Assembly (NCBI GenBank): GCA_963764725.1
Contig: CAVXTM010000016.1
Coordinates: forward strand, 224,001-288,000
DNA: 64,000 bases
Direction of reading: 5' to 3'
DNA from: an uncultured Gammaproteobacteria bacterium
GTDB lineage: Bacteria; Pseudomonadota; Gammaproteobacteria; JACCXJ01
In this document: piece after piece, positions 51,274 through 61,998 of the stretch
How the letters are laid out: every line of letters begins with the position of its first letter
How positions within the stretch are numbered: the first letter of the stretch is position 1
The notes under the pieces: generated by a model
The model's database searches: none
What the model saw: the letters and a program-made list of their open reading frames with translations, nothing else
What the model was told of the DNA's origin: nothing
Translations under genes and position numbers: made by a program

Positions 51274-54200
51274 CCACCGACACCAGCGAACGCGGCCTCG
51301 AAGAGCCTGATCGTGCGCGGCGCTGACCGGCGCGCCGGCGATCCGTGCGCCGCTCGGCGCACGTCGCGACGCGAGCCGCCGCGCCGCTACGGCGGCACCG
51401 GCTGGCTCTGCGGCGACGCCGAGGACTACGACCGCGAGTACTGCGTCGACCTCGTCGCAGCTTCGCGCCTTCCTGCGGGCGACGCAGCCGGACGTCGCCG
51501 ACGCGCTCGACCTCGGCCAGGACGGCCCGACGCGGCGCAAGTTCCTCGCCCGCCTGCAGGGCGAGATCACCAAGCGCGGCACGATCGACGTGCTGCGCCA
51601 CGGGATCAAGCACGGGCCGCACCACCTCGACCTGTTCTACGGCACGCCCTCGCCCGGCAACGCGAAGGCCGCCGAGCGCTACGCGGCCGAACCGCTTCAG
51701 CGTCACGCGCCAGCTCCGCTACAGCCGCGACGAGACGCAGCGCGCGCTCGACCTCGGCCTCTTCATCAACGGCCTGCCGGTCGCCACCTTCGAGCTGAAG
51801 AACAGCCTGACCAAGCAGACGGTCGACGACGCCGTCGAGCAGTACAAGCGCGACCGCGACCCGCGCGAGCAGCTCTTCGAGTTCGGCCGCTGCGTCGTGC
51901 ACTTCGCCGTGGACGACCACGAGGTGCGCTTCTGCACGCACCTGAAGGGCAAGGCGCTCGTGGTTCCTGCCCTTCAACCAGGGCTGGAACGACGGCGCCG
52001 GCAACCCGCCGAACCCGGACGGCCTCAAGACCGACTACCTCTGGAAGCGCATCCTGACCCGCGAGGGCCTGACCGACATCCTCGAGAACTACGCCCAGGT
52101 CGTCGAGACGAAGGACGCGAAGACCGGCAAGAAGAAGCCGGTGCAGATCTGGCCGCGCTACCACCAGCTCGACGTGGTGCGCAAGCTCCTGGCCGACGCG
52201 CGGCCAGCACGGCGCGGGCAGGCGCTACCTGATCCAGCACTCGGCCGGCAGCGGCAAGTCGAACTCCATCGCCTGGCTCGCCCACCAGCTCATCGGCCTG
52301 ACGCAAGGACGACGCGCCGGTCTTCGACTCGATCATCGTCGTCACCGACCGGCGCATCCTCGACCAGCAGATCCGCGACACGATCAAGCAGTTCGCCCAG
52401 GTCGGCGCGACCGTCGGCCACGCCGAGCACTCGGGCGACCTGCGCAAGTTCATCGCCGAGCGGCAAGAAGATCATCATCTCGACGGTGCAGAAGTTCCCG
52501 TTCATCCTCGACGAGATCGGCAACGAGCACCGCGGGCGGCGCTTCGCGATCATCATCGACGAGGCGCACTCGAGCCAGGGCGGGCAGGACCTCGGCGGCG
52601 CTCTCGATGGCGCTGTCGGCGGCCGGCGCCGAGGAGGACGACGAGACCCTCGAGGACCAGATCAACCGGCTGATGGAGGCGCAAGAAGCTGCTGCCGAAC
52701 GCCAGCTACTTCGCCTTCACCGCCACGCCCAAGAACAAGACGCTGGAGATCTTCGGCGAGCCGTATCCGCAGGCGGACGGCACGACGAAGCACCGGCCCT
52801 TCCACAGCTACACGATGAAGCAGGCGATCCAGGAGGGCTTCATCCTGGACGTGCTCAAGCACTACACGCCGGTCGAGAGCTACTACAAGCTGGTGAAGAC
52901 GGTCGAGGGCGATCCGGAGTTCGACACCAAGCGGGCGAAGAAGAAGCTGCGCCGCTACGTCGAGAGCCACGACCACGCGATCCGGCTCAAGGCCGAGATC
53001 ATGGTGGACCACTTCCACGAGCAGGTGCTGGCGCTCAACAAGATCGGCGGCGCAGGCGCGGGCGATGGTGGTGACGAGCGGCATCGAGCGGGCCATCCAG
53101 TACTTCCACGCCATCCGCGACTACCTGGCCGAGCGCAAGAGCCCGCTACCAGGCCATCGTCGCCTTCTCGGGCGAGCACGAGTACGGCGGCGCGAAGGTG
53201 ACCGAGGCGTCGCTCAACGGCTTCCCGTCGAGCCAGATCGCCGACAAGATCCAGGAGGACCCGTACCGCTTCCTGATCTGCGCCGACAAGTTCCAGACCG
53301 GCTACGACGAGCCGCTGCTGCACACGATGTACGTGGACAAGGTGCTCTCCGGCATCAAGGCGGTGCAGACGCTCTCGCGCCTCAACCGCGCGCACCCGCA
53401 GAAGCACGACGTCTTCGTGCTCGACTTCATGAACGACGTCGGACACGATCCAGGAGGCGTTCGCCGACTACTACCGCACGACGATCCTCAGCGAGGAGAC
53501 CGACCCGAACAAGCTGCACGACCTGAAGGCCGACGCTCGACGGCTACCAGGTCTACGCCGACGACGCAGATCGACGAGCTCGTCGCGCTGTACCTCGGCG
53601 GCGCCGACCGCGACAAGCTCGACCCGATCCTCGACGCCTGCGTCGCCGTCTACAAGGAGCAGCTCGACGAGGACGGCCAGGTCGACTTCAAGGGCAAGGC
53701 CAAGGCGTTCATCGCGCACCTACGGCTTCCTCGCCTCGATCCTGCCCTACACCAACGCCGAGTGGGAGAAGCTCTCGATCTTCCTGAACTTCCTCGATCC
53801 CGAAGCTGCCGGCGCCCGATCGAGGAGGACCTGTCGAAGGGCATCCTCGAAGCGATCGACATGGACAGCTACCGGGTCGAGAAGCAGGCGGCGGTGAAGA
53901 TCCAGCTCCCGGACGCGGACGCCGAGATCGAGCCGGTGCCGACGACCGGCGGCGGCCACAAGCCCGAGCCCGAGCTCGACCGGCTCTCGAACATCCTCAA
54001 GACCTTCAACGACCAGTTCGGCAACATCCCGTGGACCGACGCCGACCGCGTGCACAAGCTGATCACCGAGGACATCCCGGACCGCGTCGCCGCCGACACG
54101 GCCTACCAGAACGCCAAGCAGAACTCCGACAAGCAGAACGCCCGCATCGAGCACGACAAGGCGCTGGCGCGCGTGATGACGGCCGTGCTGAAGGACGACA

Positions 54201-54336
54201 CGGAGCTGTTCAAGCAGTTCAGGACAACGAGTCGTTCCGGCGCTGGCTGACGGACACGGTGTTCGGGCTGACCTACGAATCATCGGGGGAAGATCCGCGA
54301 GCGAGCATGCGACGCAGCGATCGGTATCTCCGGTAG
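51270..54336 (+). CDS. hsdR: Type I R-M restriction subunit, multiple frameshifts
   Basis: MTTDTSE start, DLGLFINGLPVATFELKN, PRYHQLD, HSAGSGKS, IIDEAHSSQ, FTATP, KFQTGYDEP and QTLSRLNR. Confidence 0.9.
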
Positions 54337-54450
54337 ATTCACGCACAATTTCCTGAGCAGCTCTCAAGAACGACTCGAGCTTGTTGACGTGGCGAGTTTA
54401 CTCGCTAGAATGATGCCTTTGTGCACTGCGGCAATTATTGACTCGAATGC

Positions 54451-54534
54451 GCCCTACCCTACGCCCGACGCGACCGTTCTTCTCGTCGGGGCCTTGCGCC
54501 AAACATCGCCACCGGTGAGCTTGGTCGTTTAGGC
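54451..54534 (+). other. Degenerate attC-like site
   Basis: gccctac...gcgaccg...ccggtgagcttggtcgtttaggc: the right half resembles an attC L'/R' end and both core boxes are imperfect. Confidence 0.45.
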
Positions 54535-54543
54535 GCCTCAGCG

Positions 54544-55347
54544 TCACACCGCCGGAACGGTGCCGCCGTCGATAACGTATTCGCTACCGTTAATCGAGGC
54601 TGCCCGGTCGGAGACGAGGAAGGCCACCAGTTCTGCGACCTCGTCTGGCTGGCCGGGTCGGCCAATCGGAATGCCGCCGAGCGAATTCATCAAACCCTGG
54701 CGGGCTGCGTCTTCGCCGGTCCCGGCTTTTTCGGCGAGACGGACGATCAGGCGATGTGCGGCCGCGGTTTCGATAAATCCAGGCGCAACCGTGTTGACCC
54801 GGATACCCTTGGGCCCGAGTTCCTTTGACAGCCCCTTGCTGTACGTCGTGAGGGCGGCTTTGGCGGCCGCGTAAGCGAGCGTTGCCTCGAATAGCGGCAG
54901 CCGTCGCTGGATGGAAGAGATGTGCACAATGACGCCGTACCGCTGCTTGAGCATTCCGGGTATGAATGCACGATCCAGCCGAACCGCGGGGAATAGGTTG
55001 AGATTGATCTCCTTCTGCCAGTCCTCATCCGTGAGTGCGAGTGCGCCGCCACTCGGTGCACTGGAACCGCCAACTACGTTGACGAGAATGTCGACGCCTC
55101 CGAAGCGCTGAAGCACTTGCTCGGCCACTTTGTCCGCACCTTGGCGCGTGCTGATGTCGGCCTGAACAAACAGTCCCACCGTTTGCCCCTCCGGCAGGGG
55201 TGAACGCGCAGTCGTAGCCACCATCGCACCGCTGCCGACCAGGCGTTGCACGATGGCCTGCCCCATGCCCTCCGTGCCCCCAGTGACCAGGACACGCTTG
55301 CCCGCGAATTCTGTCGGGTCGAACGAAAACCTTGAAGCGGAGGCCAT
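54544..55347 (-). CDS. Short-chain dehydrogenase/reductase
   Basis: VTGGTEGMG, YAAAK, NTVAPG and IDGG; ATG at 55347 overlaps the upstream stop. Confidence 0.92.
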   Translation of the reverse strand: MASASRFSFDPTEFAGKRVLVTGGTEGMGQAIVQRLVGSGAMVATTARSPLPEGQTVGLFVQADISTRQGADKVAEQVLQRFGGVDILVNVVGGSSAPSGGALALTDEDWQKEINLNLFPAVRLDRAFIPGMLKQRYGVIVHISSIQRRLPLFEATLAYAAAKAALTTYSKGLSKELGPKGIRVNTVAPGFIETAAAHRLIVRLAEKAGTGEDAARQGLMNSLGGIPIGRPGQPDEVAELVAFLVSDRAASINGSEYVIDGGTVPAV

Positions 55348-55676
55348 CACGAGATCTCCAGGCGCTCGATCTTTCCCCCGGTCAGGGTGAAGACGTAGCG
55401 CAGATCGATCGGGCTGCCCGGGAAGTCGCCCGATACCCGACCCGTGAGAATCGTTTTGCCGCCCGCCTGCGCAACGTCGAGTATTTCGACAGTCGGGCGG
55501 TACTTCTTTCCGACCTCCGTCGCCCACTGTCGGATGGCGGCAATGCCTTGGCGGTCCCGTCCCTCATCCCGGACGACGGCAGCTTCACTGAAACTTGCTG
55601 CCACCGCGTCGACGTCTTGGGCGTTCGCAGCTGCAATGTAGTTTGCAACCGGCTCGGTAAGTGTCGTGATCTTCAT
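55347..55676 (-). CDS. SnoaL/NTF2-like protein
   Basis: AANAQD...F...AVVRDEG, VSGDFPGSP and F.L.GGKI..LEI. Confidence 0.85.
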   Translation of the reverse strand: MKITTLTEPVANYIAAANAQDVDAVAASFSEAAVVRDEGRDRQGIAAIRQWATEVGKKYRPTVEILDVAQAGGKTILTGRVSGDFPGSPIDLRYVFTLTGGKIERLEIS

Positions 55677-55732
55677 GTCGATTCCTTTTCCGCGTGTTGC
55701 ATTCGATTTATTATTGGCTCTACGCTAACCAA

Positions 55733-56122
55733 ATGACAAGAACGCACGAAAAAGTAAGTCACTCACCTGAAAGTGAGCGCCTTGAATACACAGCAGCTTC
55801 CGCTGCGCAGGGTATCGAGCGGGCTCTCAGTTTTCTCGAAGGCCGCTGGAAACTGCTGATCCTTTTTCATCTCTTCGGCGGCAAAGTTCTGCGGTTCTCA
55901 GACTTGGAACGCGCGATTCCGGCGATCTCTCAAAAGATGCTCGCACAGCAGCTTCGCCAGTTGGAAGCCGACGGAATCGTCCAGCGGATAGTCCACAACC
56001 AAGTGCCGCCAAAGGTGGAATATCACCTCACGACTTGGGGACAATCCCTCTGCCCAGCGCTCGATGCCTTGCTGAAATGGTCAGAGAATCGCGGCCGCCC
56101 TTCTGCGGATGTGGGCGCCTAG
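55733..56122 (+). CDS. HxlR family transcriptional regulator
   Basis: GRWKLLIL, RFSDL, ISQKML..QLRQLE.DG and PPKVEY.LT; divergent from the SnoaL/SDR pair. Confidence 0.92.
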   Translation: MTRTHEKVSHSPESERLEYTAASAAQGIERALSFLEGRWKLLILFHLFGGKVLRFSDLERAIPAISQKMLAQQLRQLEADGIVQRIVHNQVPPKVEYHLTTWGQSLCPALDALLKWSENRGRPSADVGA

Positions 56123-56176
56123 CTCAAGGTGGAACGGACGGGCAAGAGCAGCCCGCCGTTCACCACAACGTTAGGC
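56117..56176 (+). other. attC site
   Basis: gcctagc...ggtggaacgg-acgggc-loop-gcccg-ccgttcacc...gttaggc: R''/R' boxes (AAC changed to AGC), imperfect inner stem, 60 bp. Confidence 0.75.
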
Positions 56177-56219
56177 AGCAACCGGGAGCTAGCATCTAGA
56201 ATGGGACGAGGAAAACTAC

Positions 56220-57455
56220 TTGTTTGCCGAAGGTGACCTGGACGCGACGCTGCGAGCCCACCAAGGCACCATTGGTGCAAAGATTGATGCGATTCCTCGC
56301 GATCAGTTCATGAATGCACAACCTGAAGAGATCACCGACCATATCCTGTCTGCGATGACGGTTGATCCGTTGGTGATCTACGAGGATCGCGCGGAGATGG
56401 ATCAGCGTGAAACGAAGATTGACGTTAGCGGATGGCGCGACAGAAATCCGTTCGGCGACCGTGGGCCGATCCACGTCGCTGGCGTCGCAGTATCTGTGTC
56501 GATCCCTTTCACTGGTGACTCGTCCTTGTGGAAGCTAAGGCCGAATCAGCGGCAGTCAGTTTTTCCGCGCGCCACAATTGTTAGTTCGCGTGGAGAGAAT
56601 GCTGGACATGTCCGCATTGACATGGCGCAACCAACTGACGAGGCGCCAGACCGATTCAAAGCACGCTTAGATGAAGAGGTGAAGACCATCCGTTTCTACG
56701 TTCAGGCGCAAAAACAGCAAATTGAAGGGTTCAACGCCGGGCTTCGCGCACAAGTTCTTGCCGCAGTTGGAGCAAGGCGAGACCGGATAAAGAAACACGA
56801 AGGTTTACAGGACATCATGGGCATCCCCTTGAAGCGCAAGGAGGGGGTGCCAGCGCTCGCGCCCGTGAAGATTGCCAGGAAGCTTGTCCGTCCGTTGCCA
56901 CCGCCCCCCAAGTCCGGATACAAACCGGAGCCTGGGATTACGGAAGAAGACTATTCGCATATCTTGTCGGTGATTCGGCACGAAGGCAGGACTTTCGAGA
57001 CAACTCCGAAGACCTATGCCGTTCACGACGAGGAACAGCTTAGAGACATTCTCCTCGCGCATCTGAATGGCCACTATCAAGGTGACGCTACCGGCGAGGC
57101 GTTTCGACGAAGCGGCAAGACGGATATTCGCATCGAGGATGACGCTCGAGCCGCATTCGTAGCTGAGTGCAAGGTATGGAAGGGACCGAAGGAATTGTCC
57201 CAGGCCATCGACCAGCTTCTTGGCTATCTGACTTGGCGCGACTGCAAGGCCGCCATCGTAGTATTCAACAAGCACAACGCGAAGTTCAGCGGGATCATCG
57301 ACGCCGTCCCTGGGGTCTTCGAGGCTCATCCCCGGTTCCAGCGTGTGCGTGCGGCTGAAGGGGCGGGCGAGTGGCAGTTCGACATGACATCTCGTGAGGA
57401 TGAAGGCCGACAGGTGCGTGTTCATGTGTTCGTCTTCAATCTCTTCGTGGCGTAG
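56220..57455 (+). CDS. Gene-cassette protein with a C-terminal PD-(D/E)xK nuclease-like domain
   Basis: EEQLRD...GEAF..SGKTDI...AECKVW; a single ORF filling the space between two attC sites; the real start may be ATG 56201 with a frameshift. Confidence 0.7.
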   Translation: MFAEGDLDATLRAHQGTIGAKIDAIPRDQFMNAQPEEITDHILSAMTVDPLVIYEDRAEMDQRETKIDVSGWRDRNPFGDRGPIHVAGVAVSVSIPFTGDSSLWKLRPNQRQSVFPRATIVSSRGENAGHVRIDMAQPTDEAPDRFKARLDEEVKTIRFYVQAQKQQIEGFNAGLRAQVLAAVGARRDRIKKHEGLQDIMGIPLKRKEGVPALAPVKIARKLVRPLPPPPKSGYKPEPGITEEDYSHILSVIRHEGRTFETTPKTYAVHDEEQLRDILLAHLNGHYQGDATGEAFRRSGKTDIRIEDDARAAFVAECKVWKGPKELSQAIDQLLGYLTWRDCKAAIVVFNKHNAKFSGIIDAVPGVFEAHPRFQRVRAAEGAGEWQFDMTSREDEGRQVRVHVFVFNLFVA

Positions 57456-57457
57456 CC

Positions 57458-57520
57458 GCCCAACCCTCCGCTCAACGCGGACGCGCCGCAAGCGGCGCGC
57501 CGGTTAACGGCACGTTAGGC
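57458..57520 (+). other. attC site
   Basis: gcccaac...ctcaacgcgg-acgcgccgc-aa-gcggcgcg-ccggttaacg...gttaggc, 63 bp, 2 bp after the stop codon. Confidence 0.85.
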
Positions 57521-57796
57521 GGCACGGGGGCTTGAAGGCTGCTATCGGCCACCAGACGACCTGAGCCAGCCGCTCGAAGCAGACCTTCAATGGCGCGTCC
57601 CGATGGAATCGGTCACTTCTTGGTGTAGCCGACGTTCACAACAGTTCAAGTCAGACCTGCGGTCTCGGCAGCTCACCACGCTTCACGGCGCCAACGCCTA
57701 CGTTTCAAACCGAGGCTGGAGTAGCATTCTTGATTGCGTTATCGACACGTCGAAGATACGATGCCGCCGGTAGATCGACAGCAGACTGGAGGGAGC

Positions 57797-57990
57797 CATG
57801 CCGTATATTCACTTGCTCGCCGCCGGGCATGAACTACACGCTAAACCGGCCCTTGCTCGACGGCACGTCGCCGGCGCGCCTGAAGGAAATCGGCGCGGTA
57901 GCCCCTGAGATCAAGGACTACAAGAGCTGGCACACGGTCTGGCTCGGTTTGGCAAAACGCGCAGAACGCGAACAACGGTCGTTGGATGCC
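57797..57990 (+). pseudogene. N-terminal fragment of a probable alpha/beta hydrolase
   Basis: GGAG then ATG at 57798; MNYTLNRPL...EI..VAPEIKDYKSWHTVWLGLAKRAE, truncated and frameshifted. The family assignment is tentative. Confidence 0.35.
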
Positions 57991-58436
57991 GACGAACCCC
58001 CCGCCTTCACGCCATTTTTTGCGGTTAACCGCAGAAATTTATGCAACTGGAAGGTTTATTAAGGGAATTGTTTCGGTGAAGGGTGGGTGATGTGGTGGCT
58101 ATGGGCATCGGGAGAGAGAGAAAGCCAGAGTAGAGGGCGATCGGATCGGGGGGTTGGGTATCGTAATCGGGTTTAGGGAACTGTTAATAATGCCTTTCAG
58201 GGTGGGATTAGGGGTAGCAGGCAAAGGGAGGCCGTGACCCGAAGAAGACACCGGGCGGCAGCGCGGGCGTTTGCAAGTTGAAGGGCTACACAGGGGCTGG
58301 GGATCGTGTCGAGCCGGGTGGTCCGACGTTTGTGGGCATCCATGGGCGGTGGATGCGCCGTGAGCTATGGAAGCGGAGTCGTCTCCACAGGCCTGGCAGG
58401 CCGGCTGCGGCCAAGGGGATAGCTTGAGGAGAGGCA

Positions 58437-58907
58437 ATGGTTACACACTTCGACCACATCACGATTGTTGTCCGCGACCTCGACGCGGCCAAACGGTTCT
58501 TCGGCCTGCTCGGGTTTGAACACGACCGCTCGGTCGTCATCTCGGGCGATGTCTTTTCCGAATACATGGGGATACCCGGCATCGAGGCCGAACACGTGAC
58601 ACTGGTGCTGACGGGTGCGGTGCTGCGCGCCGAGGTTCAATTGCTGGCGTACCGGGCGCCGGACCCAGAGCCCAGCCCGCACATCGAGCACTTGAACACG
58701 GTCGGGTTCAACCACGTGTGCTTCGCGGTCGAGGACCTAGACGGCGAATTGGGTCGGTTGCGAGCGGCGGGGATCGAGACGCGAAACGACGTGCTCAACT
58801 TTCACGGCCGCAAACTGGTGTTTCTGCGCGGTCCGGAAGGGATCACAGTGGAGCTTTCGGAACGCTATGACGCAGCGTCTGTTGACTCCGGGACGCCGCC
58901 GAAGTAA
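58437..58907 (+). CDS. VOC/glyoxalase family protein
   Basis: FDHITIVVRDL, GFNHVCFAVEDL and GPEGITVEL. Confidence 0.9.
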   Translation: MVTHFDHITIVVRDLDAAKRFFGLLGFEHDRSVVISGDVFSEYMGIPGIEAEHVTLVLTGAVLRAEVQLLAYRAPDPEPSPHIEHLNTVGFNHVCFAVEDLDGELGRLRAAGIETRNDVLNFHGRKLVFLRGPEGITVELSERYDAASVDSGTPPK

Positions 58908-58978
58908 CGCATGCACCGGAGCCCGCGCAGCTCTGTTCTTGCGTCCCCCGGTTGGTGCCGTGCGCGGGGATGCTGTGT

Positions 58979-59568
58979 TCCGAAGAAGCCAACAGACACA
59001 GGCAATTTATATGACAGAATCTCCTCCTGGTGGAACGACCAACAGGACCAATCAACGACTGGCATTCATTTTCTCCAGATGGCTATAAGGCTCGCTGCCA
59101 ACAACGACAACGCCCTCGACGTTGGTTGTGGAAGTGGCGGCAGGATAGTCGCTACGCTGCTCGATGCAAGTTACAGGAATCGATGTCTCTGAAGCAATGC
59201 TTAAGTATGCAAGAACGCGCCATCCAGATTCGGATTTTATACATGCTGACATCTGCGAATGGAAACCTCAGGAGCAGTACGATGCGATAATAGCTCGGGA
59301 TAGTATCTTTCACGTACCTTACTCTGAACAACGCAGAGTTATCGGGAAACTGTGTGATGCTCTCGCAAACGGTGGGATAATTCTGTTTACTGCAGGTGGA
59401 GTAGATGGTGAGATAACTGGACAGATGTGCGGGCAGCATTTCTACTACAGCTCATTGGCATAAGAAAAATACTTGAGGATAATGAAAGAGAATGGGTGTA
59501 AGTGCATTCTCATGGAGCGGGATCAACATCCAGAAGAGCATGTGGTCTTTATCGGCGCAAAGGGCTAA
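58979..59568 (+). pseudogene. Class I SAM-dependent methyltransferase cassette (frameshift plus in-frame TAA at 59461)
   Basis: ALDVGCGSGG, VTGIDVSEAML, ADI and DSIFHVP; low GC; its stop overlaps ggctaac. Confidence 0.75.
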
Positions 59569-59597
59569 CAATCACATTCACCGGAGGGGCGTTAGAC
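59563..59597 (+). other. Centrally deleted attC remnant
   Basis: ggctaac-aatcacattcaccgga-ggggc-gttagac: both core boxes present, only 35 bp long. Confidence 0.6.
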
Positions 59598-59622
59598 GGA
59601 GCGAAGAACGAGGACTTGATCC

Positions 59623-60369
59623 ATGAGTACCGTGAACGAACTCTGGCCGAAGGCTGTCGAGGACGGGTTGATCCCGACCGACAACGCGATGGGCATCATG
59701 ACCGAGGAACCCTCACCCGCGGCCCAGGCGTTCATCGAACTGGCGGCCAGCGCCGGCCGGCCGCTGCTGGAGATCGGTGCGGCCTACGGCAACGCCACAC
59801 TGCCCGCGCTGCGCGCCGGTGGCACGGTGATCGCGAACGACCTTTCGGCCTCGGAACTCGGCGTGTTGGCATCGACCGCGCCAAATGAGGATCGCAAGCG
59901 GCTCGTGCTGATGCCGGCGCGGTTTCCCGATCAAATTCGCCTCGGCGACGGCAGCTTGAGTGGAATGCTTGCCGCGCAAGTACTGCATTTCTTCGATGGA
60001 CCGACGGTCGACCTGGCCTTCCACAGCGCCCTTCGCTGGCTCGAGCCGGGCGGGGCCTTGTACGTGGTCGTGATGACACCCAGCCTGAGCTTCTACAGCC
60101 AGTTCCGGCCGGAGTATGAGAAGCGAGCCCGCCGTGGCGAACGCTGGCCGGGAATTTTCGATCCTCGCACCGTCGCCACGCCGGATTGGAAGGAGAGACT
60201 CCCGCCGATGGTGCATCTCTTTGAGAAAGAGGTGCTGCGGCGTTGCGCGGAGGAGGCCGGCTTCACCGTGGAGACCTTGAAATACTTCTGCTTCCGCCAT
60301 TTTCCAGCGAAGCACCGCACCGACGGTCACGAGTTCCTTACGCTCACCGCTCGGAAACCTGTTGCTTAG
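59623..60369 (+). CDS. Class I SAM-dependent methyltransferase
   Basis: LLEIGAAYG, VIANDLS, QVLHFF and WLEPGG. Confidence 0.85.
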   Translation: MSTVNELWPKAVEDGLIPTDNAMGIMTEEPSPAAQAFIELAASAGRPLLEIGAAYGNATLPALRAGGTVIANDLSASELGVLASTAPNEDRKRLVLMPARFPDQIRLGDGSLSGMLAAQVLHFFDGPTVDLAFHSALRWLEPGGALYVVVMTPSLSFYSQFRPEYEKRARRGERWPGIFDPRTVATPDWKERLPPMVHLFEKEVLRRCAEEAGFTVETLKYFCFRHFPAKHRTDGHEFLTLTARKPVA

Positions 60370-61998
60370 CTTCTACAAACTCTTGTGCAAAAAAGCAAAG
60401 AGTGTATGCGGGGCCACGACCTGAGAAGGCATACAACGTACTCCGGATAGCGAGTGCGGTGATGAGCACACGACGACCGAAGGTAGTGAGGTAGTACTTG
60501 TAGCGATGTCCAATCTTTTTGATGAGGCCATGGGTGCGCAAGCGTTTCAACCAGTAGGAGGCACGGCCGGTGGAGAGATCCCGGAGATGGGCTCGGAGAT
60601 CGGAAGCGCGAAAGCCGCTGATGTTCCACTCCCCGCGGGCGAGGGTGATAAAAAGGCTATGATCTTCACGGAGGAAGAGATTGAAGCCCCGATAGGAGCG
60701 GTCGTTCTCTCGTATGGGTTTAGCCATTTTGTCGATGGCGTGCAGAGCTGCATTGGGGTTATCGATGCTGGCCATGAAGCTGAGATAGCGTTCAGTGGCA
60801 GCATGCACCAGCTCTCGCAGATCGGGGAGGCATAGATGTTTTTTCGCAGGGGTGCGAGTTCGAATTGCTTGCGCCCATTGCGTTGTTCCACGAAGCGGTG
60901 GTGTTTGAAGAAGGAGACATCGTTGGCGGTGCATTCCACCCGAGCCATGAGACTGAATTTATCGTAGAGCTTGAGGCTCGCTGGCCCCATATGGTGGCGG
61001 ATGCGTGTACCCTGAATGCGGGTGTGAAAATCGTTACCGGCCTCCCCGCTGAAGGCCGAGGTGAGTTTGCGTCCCAAGAAGGTGGCGACGTGTTCTGCCT
61101 TGAGGGCATGCACGGCGGTACGCACGATGGCTTGATAGAGGGGTTGGAAATCGGCTTGGCGGTGGAAGATGACATCGGTCGAGAACTCCACCTGCATGAA
61201 GCTCCAGTGGTAAGCACTGTGAAAGTGACCCACGATGGGGCAGAAGTGCTTGGCCCATTTATCCAGACGACGATGCAAGCCTTTGGGATCGAGGCTATCG
61301 GCAAGCGACTGAGCACGGCGGGGATCGCCGATGGACAAGAAGGCATTATCGGCGCGCTCAAAGGCGATCCCTGCCTTTGCCAGTCGGTGGGCCAACCAGT
61401 GATGGCCGTTCAAGTAGACTTGCAGGCGAAACGGCGCCCAGGTGGGTACTCGGACATAACAGAGCCCGAAGATCTCATCGATGAAATAGAAGTAATAATG
61501 CAAACACTTGCCCGGGGTAGACTTCAAACGGGTCGTATGCTGAAGCTTGTCATGCCAGGGGCGATACGAAGGACAGGCCTCCATCGCCGAGAAGATATGC
61601 ACCAGCCCCGGGTGCTCACCGCGCAAAGCCAAAATCGCTTTGATCCGTTCTTCTTTGCGAAACGCCTTGTAATGGCGGATGAACTCGATTTCCAAACAAG
61701 CCTCAGCGGCCAGCCCCTCGGCATGGGTCCGAAGCGCCTCGCGCAGCGGTTCCGCCCAGCGGGGGTAGTCAAACAGACGCATACCCCGGACACCCAAATA
61801 CCGGGCCATGGCCTCGGCATGGGCGATCTCCGGAAGCGTGCCAGTGATCACGATGCGGTCAAAGCAACAAAGCACCGCGGCGATCTTCTCTTGATGGCGT
61901 TCGACAAAGGGATTCATGGTGACAACTCATCTCAATCTTTATTGCCCATCCGCCAGAATAGTACATTTAACACTTTGGTTCCGGCTCTGCCGGGTTAG
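60370..61998 (-). mobile_element. IS-like element encoding a roughly 500-aa putative transposase/Rep-like protein with a C-terminal wHTH (frameshift near 60835)
   Basis: ORF 60547..61917 (FDRIVITG, CLHYYFYF, LKLYDK...RVECT.ND) continues in ORF 60344..60934 (RSYRGFN, GFRASDLR, LKRLRTHGLIKKIGHRYKYYLT); TTAG at both boundaries; subterminal hairpin ccggc-tct-gccgg. Confidence 0.7.

Noticed and set aside
57530-57720. Degenerate palindromic scraps after the attC (gaagcagacctt, gccgacgttc)
   Set aside because: Too degenerate to define a repeat unit or boundaries.
57991-58430. Purine-skewed tract with palindrome tgcggttaaccgca (58020-58033), a possible IS tail or operator
   Set aside because: No recognisable transposase motif or second end; cannot be assigned.
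60865-61998. 377-aa plus-strand ORF ending at the element boundary
   Set aside because: Antisense to the element's main protein and lacks motifs; its stop coincides with the TTAG end, probably by chance.
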